Positions 28,013-39,819 of a stretch of DNA of 64,000 bases are shown here, piece after piece. The DNA lies in the NCBI GenBank assembly GCA_002269645.1, contig NIVC01002152.1:124001-188000 (forward strand), given 5' to 3'. The notes beneath the pieces were generated by a model, which searched no databases, was not told where the DNA came from, and saw nothing but the letters and a program-made list of their open reading frames with translations. Origin of the DNA: Macrostomum lignano. Its lineage: Eukaryota. A program made the position numbers and the translations under genes. Position 1 is the stretch's first letter. Every line of letters starts with the position of its first letter.

Positions 28013-28248
28013 CCTATATTTATTATCAACACTCAGAAAATATTTGAGCAAGATAGGTTTAATAACTGTTTTACTGCATCCTTTTGGAATAAGTATAAAT
28101 TAGGTTTAGTTTAACAAATAACTTTACTTTACGTAATTACTAGTCCAAAATATGAGCCATATTCACTTTTCTTGCTTTCCCTTTTTTAATGATAAATATG
28201 TTTTAATGGATGATATAAAATTTATGCTTACAACACTTGTAACAAAAT

Positions 28249-28565
28249 ATGGTGTAAAATTAATAAATATTGAAACCTATTGGTATATATTCTAGAGACT
28301 ATATAATGTATATAGGCTCTAATAATGTAATATGATGGTGTAAAATTAATATATATTGAAACCTATTGGTGTATATTCTAGAGACTATATAATGTATATA
28401 GGCTCTAATAATGTAATATGATGGTGTAAAATTAATATATATTGAAACCTATTGGTATATATTCTAGAGACTATATAATGTATATAGGCTCTAATAATGT
28501 AATATAATGGTGTAAAATTAATAAATATTGAAACCTATTGGTATATATTCTAGAGCCTATATAAT
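28249..28565. repeat. 86-bp tandem repeat, ~3.6 copies
   Basis: GGTGTAAAAT at 28251, 28337, 28423, 28509. Confidence 0.9.
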
Positions 28566-31059
28566 GTAGATAAGAATATAGATGTAGCAAATGCCAAACC
28601 CAGATAAAAAATTAGTGCTGGCACATATACAAAGGCTGTTCTTTAGGTTCAATTCATACTACAAGTCATTGTAGTTATTTATACACATGCAATCCCCTGA
28701 TCTTAGATGCACAGTTATATTTGCAGCAGTTAGTATAGATAATAGATGTGGTACACAAAAATTAGCTTAACTATTCTCAATTTAAGCAGTTAGAGCTAGT
28801 TCAGATATTCCCAAAAATATATGTTTGATGTTTAATTATTAAATGGCATTATTGACAATAATATGTATCCTATACTTAAGATCATATCATGTATGCTAGA
28901 AATTTCATGTATGCTAGAAATTTCTAGCATAATTTTGACAAAAACACACACAAAGCACAGTGAATGTGGTGCATGTCTGCAGCTTTTTTTTTAACATTTG
29001 ACTTTGGACCTCATCTTGTATGTGTGAGTGCTTGCTTGCATGCATAAATTTTGCAAATATAATGCTATACTTGGTTGCAAATGACAAAAGTTATTAACAT
29101 TTTACTTTAAATCAGATGCATTATATGGGCCACCCTATATATAGTGAATACATTTTTTCTAACCATCTTCTCCAATCAAATTCTCTAATGATTTTTCAAG
29201 TAAATTTTCTAACCATAGGCACTTTTTCTAGGCTCTTATTGTCTCATTTGCTTAGCTTGTGCAGACATACAAGAGGAAGGAGTCTATCACAACTAAAATA
29301 CATGTTTGATTTTCATATAATCTATAGTTTATAGACTAAAGAAATCCAATTTTGCTGCAGAAAGCTCAAAGGCTAGTTGGAGAAAATTCTAAAGAAAACA
29401 TTATGGCTGGAGAAAATATGCACATAGTTTTTGTCAAGTTTTATATTTATAGATTGATATTACTAAGATAATACATTAAAAAAAGAAATATCAATTTGTA
29501 TATCAATCTATATAGTGCATTTACTAGTGATATCAGATTATTTTTATATAAGTATCTTTGAAATTTTTATAGGAGCCTACTTAAAAAGGAAAAAAACTAT
29601 ACATACTAATATACATTTTTACAATAGCATTCTTAGAAAAACAATATTGATAATATTTATACTATCATTAAGCAATAAACTATGAATTAGTTAAATAATA
29701 TAAAAAATATTGAAAAGCTATATATTATATACTTTATGCTACATGTTGCATGAAATTATATTTATATGTATATTATATATGTATAATCAGCAGTATGGCC
29801 AAAATGCCTATATATAATTAAATATCTATCATATAGAATCATTTGCTAAATTATTTTTTCATTATTTTTTTATTTTTAGATTCCAAAATTTTAAAACAAG
29901 TGAAAAAATTAATAGGCCTAGCTTAACATATATTGGCAATTAAATTGTTATAGTCAATTGCTACATTGCCATATTACACAAAGTAACCTCTATGTTCACT
30001 AACTCAAGCCAGCTGTACCTTTGCAATGGTACAATCTAACTTAAGGCCACTAGTTGTCTTGTCTTGTCTAGTCATCCAGAGAGTAATAGTCAAAAATAAA
30101 AAGTAAGCAATTGTTTGACTTGATTGCTAGTATTGGCAGCTTAGCAGCTATTTTTTAATCTCAAACATATTTCCCTTTTAAGGTTCCCTATATTGTCATA
30201 GCCTATTGACCATAGACATATTTTTATGCTTTATATATACAAAAGTGATACTTTTTTAAGAATTCCTGATATACCAATGCGCAAATTCAATGTTGTAGAG
30301 ATGTGTCTTAGGTAAAATTATCTAGTAATATTATTACCCAATATTAAAATAGTGCCCTTGTTTTTTGATGTGGCAATTGACTATAACAAACAATTTAGTT
30401 ACTAGTATATATTAAACTATTAATTCATTCATTTATAAGACAGTGTACTTTATAATATAGAATACTCTTCTAGTACATTTAGCTGTAATTATAACCTATT
30501 ATTTCTTAAAAAGTACTTTATTTAAATTTCTACCCTCATTTTTGTTTAACTGTAATATTTTGAAATATTATTTTATAAGTAAAATTTGTTATAAATTATT
30601 CGCCAATTTTGTATAAACAGAAGGTCAGAGAGAGCCAGAAAGAGTAACTTGCAAACATAAGAATTGCCTTACTATATTGCCTCACTTATCAAAATTTAAT
30701 AAGGCAAGTTATTAAATACATTTAGGGTTTTTTAGTATATGAAAAACCCCAAATTGGGAAAAATGGCTAGAAAGTGAGAATTGCCTTAGAAAAACAATTT
30801 TATTAGAACTATAAAATCATCTTAGAGCAGTAAACCACTTTAGAGCAATATAAACTCTTAAAAGCCATGAAACTCTGATCTTGGGAATGCCCAAGACTAA
30901 GAGAATTCCACTTTTACACTTTAAAAGAAAAATTAAAAATATGGAAATAGGGTTTAGTGCCAATAGACTACTTAGACCAAAAATAGTATATGTTACCAAT
31001 AGATAAGTCTATATGCTACCAATAAGTACATAAATGCACTATTAATCTCTACATATAAA

Positions 31060-31210
31060 AATCAAAACTCTATGTGTGTGTGTGTATGTCTATGTACAAA
31101 TTACTTTGCTATGGACTCCTAAACTACTCAACCAATTCACACCAAATTTTGCACCCACCCTAAATTCACTATGGAAAGTGTCATAGGCTACCTTAAAATT
31201 TCCTAAATTT
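31060..31210. mobile_element. Possible non-autonomous Helitron/Helentron-like (DINE-1-type) fragment
   Basis: (GT)n/GTAT microsatellite followed by AAACTACTCAACCAATTCACACCAAATTTTG...TCATAGGCTAC, resembling the recalled layout of such elements. Not verified. Confidence 0.3.
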
Positions 31211-31864
31211 GAGTCTTCCTACCTAAAAGTGCAAAAAACTGCTCAAAATGTGCGATTTTTTCACTAAATGCTTCATAGTACACTCCACTTTTATCAATTG
31301 TCTTCAAATTTGACACACTCAATCTTCAACTATTTTGACACAATCGTGTAAAATTTTGAGTCTCAAAGTTGATCCTAAACAGTGCTGTGCACTTTTAAAG
31401 TTAGGCTGTTTTTTTCAGCGTAGCAACCACCCCAACCTCTACCCGCCTGCCTCTCTTTCCCAATCCCGATCTGGGCCCAAATGGGTTTCAAAATTGACTA
31501 ACTTTCAGCTGCCATAAGTTTGCTCCACATAAAAGCGATTGACTTTAAACTTGACACAATTCTTAATTGACTCATTCTCTCTCTAAATGTAAAGTTTCAA
31601 CTATGTAACTCAACCGAAAAAGAACTGTAAGCATGTGAAGTTTGTCTGTTTTTTCTGTTGTTTGTGCCACTCACTCACTCATTCCCCAGAGCCAGACCAA
31701 GGGTCAGGCGATAGAGCTGAATGTACATGACAATGTACAGTGTTTTAGAATAGCTTTGTTTATGGCCTTCTCTGCACCCCCGTGGAGGGGCTACGTTTAG
31801 CCATCCATAACAATTTAGTGAGAAATTCTAACCACTGTCCTCTGTATAGGCAAACTCTGCAGCA

Positions 31865-33650
31865 GTTTAACAGTGGATGGCAAATCAAGGTAATCCAGCA
31901 TGGTTTGTAAAAGCGAAAGATTTATAAAAAAAGGTGATGCAATGCAATACAACCCTACTAAATTAGTCACACCATGGAAATTTAAGGTTTCTCTTAAAGG
32001 TACTTTAAAATTAAAATGGCCTCCTAAGAAATGTATATTTCTTTGGTTGTTAGACTGATGCAGACTGCAGTGGAGCTGAAGATACACAAATTCTTTTCAG
32101 GGCTTGCAAATTGGCAAGAAAGATGACATGATCAAAGCATGAGAACAGCCATGAGAGTACTATGTCCCACAAACTGGCTTTCCAAGCAGGAATGTGCAGA
32201 CTTTTACCTCAAAGGCCAGAAAAGAATCCAGCTTATGGCTGAAGGGCAGTTGAGAGTGGAGAGAAGAAGGAATAGACTATTCGAAAAGAGAGGAGAGGTG
32301 AGAGAGGGAATAAGAGAAAATATAAAAGATAATAGGAGAGATGAGGGAGTGAGGACGATGAGAGGAAAGAGTAGAGAAGAGCAAGTAGAGAGGAGAGAGT
32401 AGAAGAGCGAGTAGAGAGTAGAGTAGCGAGTGGAAAGAAGAGAGTAGAGGAGCGAGTAGAGAGGAGAGAGTAGAGGAGCAAGTAGAGGAGAGAGTAGAAG
32501 AGTGAGTAGAGAAGAGAGAGTAGAGGAGCGGGTAGAGAGGAGAGAGTAGAAGAGAGAGTAGAGAAGAGAGAGTAGAGAGGAGCAAGTAGAGGAGAGAGTA
32601 GAGAATAGAGTAGCAAGTGGAGAGGAGAGAGTAGAGGAGCGAGTAGAAAGGAGAGAGCAGAGAGCTGCAGGTAAGAGGAGAGGAGAGCAGAGAGGAGTTA
32701 GTAAAAAGGAGTAAATCGAAGAGAGAAGAGATAAGGTTGTACAGATGAGAGAGGTGTAAGGAGGATTGGAAAATGAGAGATGAGAGATAAAGGAGGAAAG
32801 TGGAGAGAGAAAAGACGAGACAAGAGAGGGAGAGACTATATAGAAGAGGGAAGAGAAGAGAAGAGAAGAGAAGAAAGGAGAAAGGAAAGTGAGGAGACAA
32901 AAGAGGTGAAAGAAAAGAGTACAGAGGACAGAATGAGAGAACATATAAGACAGTGAAGATGACAGATGAAAGAGGGAGGATTAGCTGAGAGCAGAGACAA
33001 AAATGAACAGATGAGAGATGGGAGAGTAGAGAGAACAGAGGAGAGATAAGAGAGAAGAGATTACAGAGACAAGAGGAGAGACAAAGGGAGAGAGAAGTGA
33101 GTGAGGCGAGAGGAGAGAAAAGAGGAGAATGGAGGGGAGAGAGTAGAGAGGAGAAGAAAGATGGGAGGAGAGATAAGAGAGAGGGGGGAAGCAGAGAGAG
33201 GGGGAAACAGAGAGAGAGGAGGGGAAGCAGAGAGAGAGAAGGGAAGCAGAGAGAAATGAAAAGAGATAAAAAAGAGAGAAGAGAAAGGAATGATCAGAGA
33301 GCAAATAAAGACGAGAGAGAAGAGAGGAAACAGAAGAGAAGATAGAAGTTTCAAAAGATCCAAGGGACATAAGGAGAGTCAGAGGCAGAGGCCAGAGTTT
33401 GCCAATACATGTTTTAGAGTCAGACAAACATTAATTGCCTATTTAAAGTAAAAAACACCCCAGCCAACAATATCAATGTTTGCCTTAAATCCTAATTTTA
33501 CGCAAATGTACTCCATTTTGTTTACCTCTATCCTACTAACTATTAACAAGTTTTTGTTTCAGTATGGGCTTAGATTTCAGAATACATGCAAAAATAGTTC
33601 TGGGGATTAGAATTCCCGGGGTTCAAATTCCCCGGGTTTCAACAGCTTGT
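31865..33650 (+). mobile_element. Unclassified ~1.8-kb dispersed element with long AG-rich (polypurine) core, copy 1
   Basis: Both unique flanks match 58618-60700 in inverted orientation (e.g. GGCCAGAGTTTGCCAATACATGTTTTAGAGTCAGACA; CTACTAAATTAGT...TAGACTG). Confidence 0.7.
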
Positions 33651-34245
33651 ATCTATATATATGAAACATTAGTAAAGTACATAAGAAATAGGAACATTAG
33701 AAGCCATTTAAACAGCTTAGTAATAACAACTATAGTAAACTATAGTAGAGGAAATAGCCCTAGCACAACTTTGATGATAGTCTTCAAGATTATTATAGAC
33801 ACTACCATAGTCTAGATCATGCTAAGTGTATGCCTGAACAAAAATTGAATAGTTATAAATGCATGCCAAAAAATTTAAGTGTGTACTCACATTTAAATCT
33901 AGGCCAATATGGCAACAATAAATGACCTTGTATTGCAACAATAAATGACCTGTTGGAATAAAGAGATTTGGAATATAGAGACACCATTACGACTTTTGGT
34001 GGCAACAATTAGGACTTAAAGAAAAGCTTTGCCCTTTGACACTTTATATTTTTGGACTCTAAAAATAGAAAGGAATCAAATTTAAATGAAAAAATAATTT
34101 AACAAACAATCTAAATATACTAAATCTCTTTCTATACTATAGTTAGGATAGTCAATTAAACTTTGTGGGTGAATTGGTCTAGAGCCTATAAGGCAATTAT
34201 CTTATATATGGCCAAAAAAGGTTAATCTAGCAACCGGTACTAACT

Positions 34246-35654
34246 AAACTATGGAAATGGATGCAGATACAGAATGGATTCGCATAATAAAATGTGGATA
34301 CGAATGCAGATTACTATTTTGTGGAATCAATATGGATATAATGTACAGGGCCCCTCCTGATTTCTCTATAAAATAGGTACTGCTTAGTCTAATTGGTATT
34401 TATGCCAAAACTAAGAAACGCATTTTGTTTAAATACTCGTATTTTCTATAATATTTCACACTAATGGATTTTTGTTAAAAACATATAAGAATTTTAGTAT
34501 AAATAAAAGCAATTTTGGTGGAGGAAGAACCAACCTCGCGCATCACAGTTCTACAATAAATGATTGATAGCGAATAGTAAGAGTTCTGAGAAAATAAGAA
34601 TTGAAGAAGTGCTTTCTGTGTTAATTCCTTTTATGAAGTAAGAGTGAAATAGACTGAAGCGTATACAGTAAATACTATTGAGAAGCAGCAGTATTGAGTT
34701 GTAAGAGAATACAAAGTATATCTGAAGTGATACGTGTAAGAATAACCAGAGGCTATGACCCTCTGATCTCGATAACGCCCAAGGACTTGCAAAGTACATG
34801 AAATACATATACCAGTATAGCCAATAGACCACTCAGGCCAAAAGTACAGTGAATGCTACCGGAATCAGAATAAACGCTACCAGAATAACAGAGGAATAAT
34901 ACTTATAAGGGCTAATAGTTTCTAAGAATAATACTCAGACTAAATACTCAGACTAAATAATTAGACTAAATACTAAGATATATACTTAGATCAATTCTAA
35001 GAAATGTTTCTTGGATTATTCTAAGATTGATAAACTCATAATTTATTAATAGGATAATCCTGGTGGCAGCTACCAACTCAACAAGAAAACTTAAAGATTA
35101 GCATAGGAAGTTAGCCCTAGCACAGCTTGGTGACATAACGGTGGGATAATTTCAGTAAGAGGAAACATGCCTATAACAATAAAAAGCAAATGCAGAAAAT
35201 CTCCAGAGTTACTTCTGTCAAAACATTGATTTATATTCTGCTTTTATTTAGTTCTATTTAATTTTTAGATAAATTTTTCTTATTTAAATTTATTGAGAAT
35301 AATGACAAAATTGTTGTCTCAATTTTCAAACAACAAATCACAATGAAGAAATCATCTAAAGATTTACATGTACTTTATGCAATTGGCATAGGTACTTAAA
35401 AACAAGAAACTAGTCAATCTAGACTTTAACTATCTAGTTGAATTATTTAGAATCCAAACTTAAACAGAATAAGCAGAATATAAATCCATGTTATAACATA
35501 ACTAAATCTGAAGATTTTCTGCATCTGCCATTTTTAGGCCTTATCTGTATTGATTCCACAAATAGTAATCCATATATATATATCTGCATTTTAATGGATA
35601 TCCAAAGGACAAAGGATATCTATTTCATATCTGCATCTATTTCCACAATTTAGT
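34246..35654. mobile_element. Possible old TIR element with degenerate GGATGCAGAT subterminal motifs
   Basis: CTAAACTATGGAAATGGATGCAGATAC (~34246) vs ATATCTGCATCTATTTCCACAATTTAG (~35627-35653), inverted. Confidence 0.3.
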
Positions 35655-36473
35655 TTTAACACTAGCAACCTATAGACTATATATATATATATCTAATAGG
35701 CCTAACTAATAAAAAAATAACATTGACTTTCATAATAATAAGCAAACCATTCACATCATCATTATATAACTTAAGAATCTAGATTTTGTTTGTTGGCTTT
35801 CATTATAGGACTGCACATGAGGCATGATTAATCTTTGACTATTGAAACTAAAATAAATCTAAAAATTAGTCAAGCATGCACATGGGCATGGCCATAAGGA
35901 TGCTCTAGCTCTAGCATAGCATTAGCAAGCATGCAATGTATTATAGCATTATAAGCAAACCTTGATAGACCTATTGATCCTAGATATATTATATATTAGC
36001 TATATAGGATAAGATCACAACTACATAAGTGCATAGTAATTAGGGCCTAATTTCTAACTTTCTTCATTTTTATGGATGTTCTACTTTAGTGATACAAAAA
36101 AGTTTTAACTTTTATGCAATTTAAAATTGAGGATTTCTGAATTTAAAGACTTTAAAAATGTCCTCACATGCTGAAATGCGACCTACTAAAACCCAAAAAA
36201 AGTTACTACTAAAAAATTAACCATCACCATTATTAGCTTTGGAATGACAACATTTTCAACTCAAGGCAAGGTCTGTAAAAAAGGTGAGTATACGTGTCAT
36301 CATCAAATTTATATTAACTACTAACTACGCGTTCCAAAAGCCAAAATCATATTTAAACAATTGTAGTTTTTTAATTAAACAAAATATTGAGTGTAAATGT
36401 CTTTTTTAGCTTCTTGTCAAGATATAATAGACAGTTAGTAATCCTTGATTTTTCATATAAATATTACATTTGA

Positions 36474-37100
36474 AACCAACAATCAACATTTTATTTTTGA
36501 GTCGACGCGTTTCGCACTCCGTGGTGCATCTTCAGGTTTATTTTATTTATTAGAACGAAAAAAACCGAGACTGACGATAATAAATGTTTGTGTGACGCTA
36601 AAAATTAGATGAGTAATTATGCTGTACAGTAAATTTGTTCGAAGATCAATAGACAGACGATAGGTCAGGGACGGAAATTTTGACAGAGCAGTGCAGTCCG
36701 TAGTCGGCGTTCTCTCACAGCTTAAAAAACACGGAGAACATGGCCCGCGCCACTATGTTGGAGTTGAGTGTTGAGGTTGGGGGAAAAAGCTTTTATGTGC
36801 ATGGCCTCAAGAATCTTAAGTTTATAGTCAGATGTACATTGGTCGATAATTATAAAGCGTTCATTAGGAATGCTGGAGCAGCTATATTGCATTCTAAGAG
36901 GTGGGTTTGAATGGCCGATGGTTTGAGCCAGTGCTCTCTGGTTCTGGTGTGCAAGTGCTTTGTTGTTTTCCCTACGTAGGAGACGCTCTGATCACCAGAG
37001 CAGTTGAAACTGTAGATAACACCTGCACGCAGAGCACATGGCACATGTGACTTCAAATGGCCGACAAAATCACCAGTTTTGGATGACCGAAAGGGGAGCA
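36474..37100 (-). mobile_element. Penelope-like retroelement 3' fragment (frameshifted GIY-YIG endonuclease plus 3' UTR/pLTR), copy 1
   Basis: GVIYSFNCSGDQSVSYVGKTTKHLHTRTREH ... (frameshift) ...IIDQCTSDYKLKILEAMHIKAFSPNLNTQ...VLRVF* (stop ~36722). Confidence 0.85.
36504..36535 (-). ncRNA. Hammerhead ribozyme-like core (minimal type I) in Penelope 3' end, copy 1
   Basis: CTGAAGA-T-GCAC-CACGGA-GTGC-GAAAC-GC-GTC on the minus strand; stem I not well formed locally. Confidence 0.6.
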
Positions 37101-37256
37101 CGACGTTTGCCCGCCGGAATTTTGCGCGCCGACGTTTGCCCGCGAGAACTTTGCCCCCGACGTTTGCCCGCCGACGTTTGCCCGCGAGAACTTTGCCCGC
37201 CGACGTTTGCCCGCGAGAACTTTGCCCGCCGACGTTTGCCCGCCGAAGTTTGCCGG
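37101..37256. repeat. ~29-bp GC-rich tandem motif (CGACGTTTGCCCGCGAGAACTTTGCCCGC), subterminal-repeat-like
   Basis: About 4-5 degenerate copies abutting the Penelope 5' break. Confidence 0.75.
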
Positions 37257-37389
37257 TTTTCCCTTCGAAAACTCAAGGAACAGTTAGAGTTTGAAATTTC
37301 CCGATTTCCCGACTGTTTGCTACATTGAGAGGCTCGCAAGTATATTCATTCGTTAGTCCGTATGTTGCAAGTGAACTCCTACTCCTACC

Positions 37390-37636
37390 TTCTTTCACAA
37401 GATCGAAATTTCACAAGGTCGAAATTTCACAACGTAGAAAACTACTGTATAGTTCTGTTATATTAAATTTTCGACCTTGTGAAAGTGGCTGCCATTTGAG
37501 TTTTCTACGTTGTGAAATTTCGACCTTATGAAGTCCTTTGCTAAAGGTTTCGATGTTGTAAAATTTCGACCTTGTGAAGTTTCGACCTTGCGAAATAAAT
37601 CACTTTTCGACGTTGTGAAATTTCGACCTTGTGAAA
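37390..37636. mobile_element. Foldback-like inverted array of a ~16-bp motif (TTTCACAAGGTCGAAA / TTTCGACCTTGTGAAA)
   Basis: TTTCACAAGGTCGAAATTTCACAACGTAGAAAACT (37409-37443) pairs with AGTTTTCTACGTTGTGAAATTTCGACCTTATGAA (37499-37532); further copies to ~37636. Confidence 0.65.
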
Positions 37637-37931
37637 GCACCCCCTTTTTTCGTTACAACTTCTTAAGGGGTTGGGGCTGTCTTTGTTCGCCGAGAACCGC
37701 TCGTAAAAATTGTCACTTGACTCACTTCCCCCACTGCCATGTTTATCTATGTGCATATCCCTCTTCCACACTTCTTTTGGTGGGGGGGGGCAGAAATGCA
37801 CGCAATGGCCTTTGAGTTTTTATACTCTCTTTAGCCAGGACTTGCCTCATATGGGATGACTACATGGTCCCAGTAAAATGTACAGTTGTTTCGTGTGCTT
37901 GGGCTCTATCTTTTTGTATAAGATCCCTAGC

Positions 37932-39625
37932 ATGGTTTCTAAACGGCCTGCTTCCATATATTGCACTTCGACCGAGACTTCTGCCGAAACTTCTGCCGAG
38001 ACTTCTGCCGAAACTTCTGCCGAAACTTCTACCGAGACTTCTGCAGAGACTTCTACCGAGACTTCTGCCGAGACCTCTTCTGCCGAGACTTCTGCCGAAA
38101 CTTCTACCTAGACTTCTGCCGAGACTTCTGCCGAGACTTCTGCAGAGACTTCTGCCGAGACTTCTGCCGAAACTTCTACCGAGACTTCTGCAGAGACTTC
38201 TACCGAGACTTCTGCCGAGACCTCTTCTGCCGAGACTTCTGCCGCGACTTCTGCCGAGACTTCTGCCGAAACTTCTGCCGAAACTTCTACCGAGACTTCT
38301 GCCGAGACTTCTGCAGAGACTTCTGCCGAGACTTCTGCCGAAACTTCTACCGAGACTTCTGCAGAGACTTCTACCGAGACTTCTGCCGAGACCTCTTCTG
38401 CCGAGACTTCTGCCGCGACTTCTGCCGAGACTTCTGCCGAAACTTCTGCCGAAACTTCTACCGAGACTTCTGCCGAGACTTCTGCCGAGACTTCTATCGA
38501 GATTTCTACCGAGACTTCTGCCGAGAATTCTATCGAGACTTCTGCCGAGACTTCTGCCGAGATTTCTACCGAGACTTCTGCCGAGAATTCTATCGAGATT
38601 TCTACCGAGACTTCTGCCGAGAATTCTATCGAGACTTCTGCCGAGACTTCTGCCGAGCCCACTGCGAAAATTTCATTCCATGAATTTCCTTTGCACAGAA
38701 ACTTTTTTGCAAGAATGGCTGCGACGGATTCAAAGAGAAGACTATTGTCCTACTGAAAAGTCACGGTTATTTTTCCTGCACTTTTTTTATAGCGACTTTG
38801 TGACTGCTTCTCAGGACTCGAATCCTCGACGAAAGCGCAAGATGAGCAGCGAGACTCTGGGCAAGCCGAGGCTGAAAAAATGCTGTTCCGACACAATTCA
38901 ACCAACTACCTGAAAGACTGCAACCGGTAGCAGTGCGATCGCGAACAGAGAATGCTACAGCGGAGCAGAAGCACCAGAACGAGCAAGAGCGATTGGAGAA
39001 TGCGGCCACCGAGTTTCTGGCTCAAGATCAAATTGCCTCGATCGCTGACGTTCAAGCTTATAACTACAGTGCAACAGAATTCCTGCCGATTTTTCTGTCG
39101 TGACTAGTGCCGAAATCACTACATTCTGCATTGTTCACGTCAAATACGGAACCGTGCCTATGCTGCTTTGCTCCCTACAGGTTCACGTTGACAAGACAGT
39201 AGCCGCGAGCGTGAATGGGCTTCCACTGCCCCAAAAAAGACTGCAACAATTCTTGGATGGTGGCAAGGTCCGCCTCTTTTCCCAGGTTCAGAACATACTG
39301 GCCCAAATAAAGTCGTTGGCAACACAAAGCAGCAGCAGCAGCGAAAGAACGCAATTAATTAAAGACGCTGTTGCCTGCCTCGAGCGATGGATAGAAGAAT
39401 GTGAGGAATTCACCGAGCCGCTTTGTCAAAGAGTTCAGCTTATCTTGGAGCAGCTGAAGCTGTCCTGCGCGATAAACAAGTCGTCTCTACGGTAATCACC
39501 TGATTTGATTGTGCTTGCAATGGTTCTTAAGTCTACAAGAACAACATGCTAGCTCGTATAAGGCTTTGTTAGAACATGAGGTGCTGATTTTACCTTCAAT
39601 AAGGCGGCTAATAGTGATATCTAGC
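37932..39625 (+). pseudogene. Decayed THAP-domain P-element/THAP9-like transposase, 5' part
   Basis: MVSKRPASIYCTS-[AETS][13 protein letters not shown]/[27 protein letters not shown]...RLKK/NAVPTQF, then ILEQLKL...R*SPDLIVLAMVLKS.../SSYKALLEHEVLILPSIRRL. Stop at 38109, frameshifts at ~38705 and ~38878. Confidence 0.75.
37970..38657. repeat. 12-bp coding-frame minisatellite (GAGACTTCTGCC, ETSA) inside the THAP relic
   Basis: About 57 units; length variants are 15 bp, so frame is kept. Confidence 0.95.
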
Positions 39626-39819
39626 CCGTTGTCAGTTACCTCTGGTGTCTCTGATGAGAGATACTTACACCTACGGACTAAAAATTAATGAATAATTGTT
39701 ATTTTTTGTTTATATTTTGTCAATTGTATAAAAAACTAAATGAATTTATTACGTATAACACATTGCTTTCAGTAGGATTGGCCCACTGCTCTGTGGGGTG
39801 GAAAATTTTCATTCGGCCC

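Noticed and set aside
32000-32130. Possible LINE zf-RVT remnant (KWPPKKCIFLWLL / CSGAEDTQILFRAC) in the flank of the AG-rich element
   Set aside because: The motif spans frames and is not preserved in the second copy.
34400-35160. Decayed gag-like sequence and PBS-like TGGTGACATAACGGTGGGAT
   Set aside because: No LTR pair or recognisable protein motif; stops in all frames.
37864-37931. MVPVKCTVVSC as the THAP start
   Set aside because: It is in a different frame from the ETSA repeat and the downstream SFHEFP; the ATG at 37932 is in frame, though its first Cys is lost.
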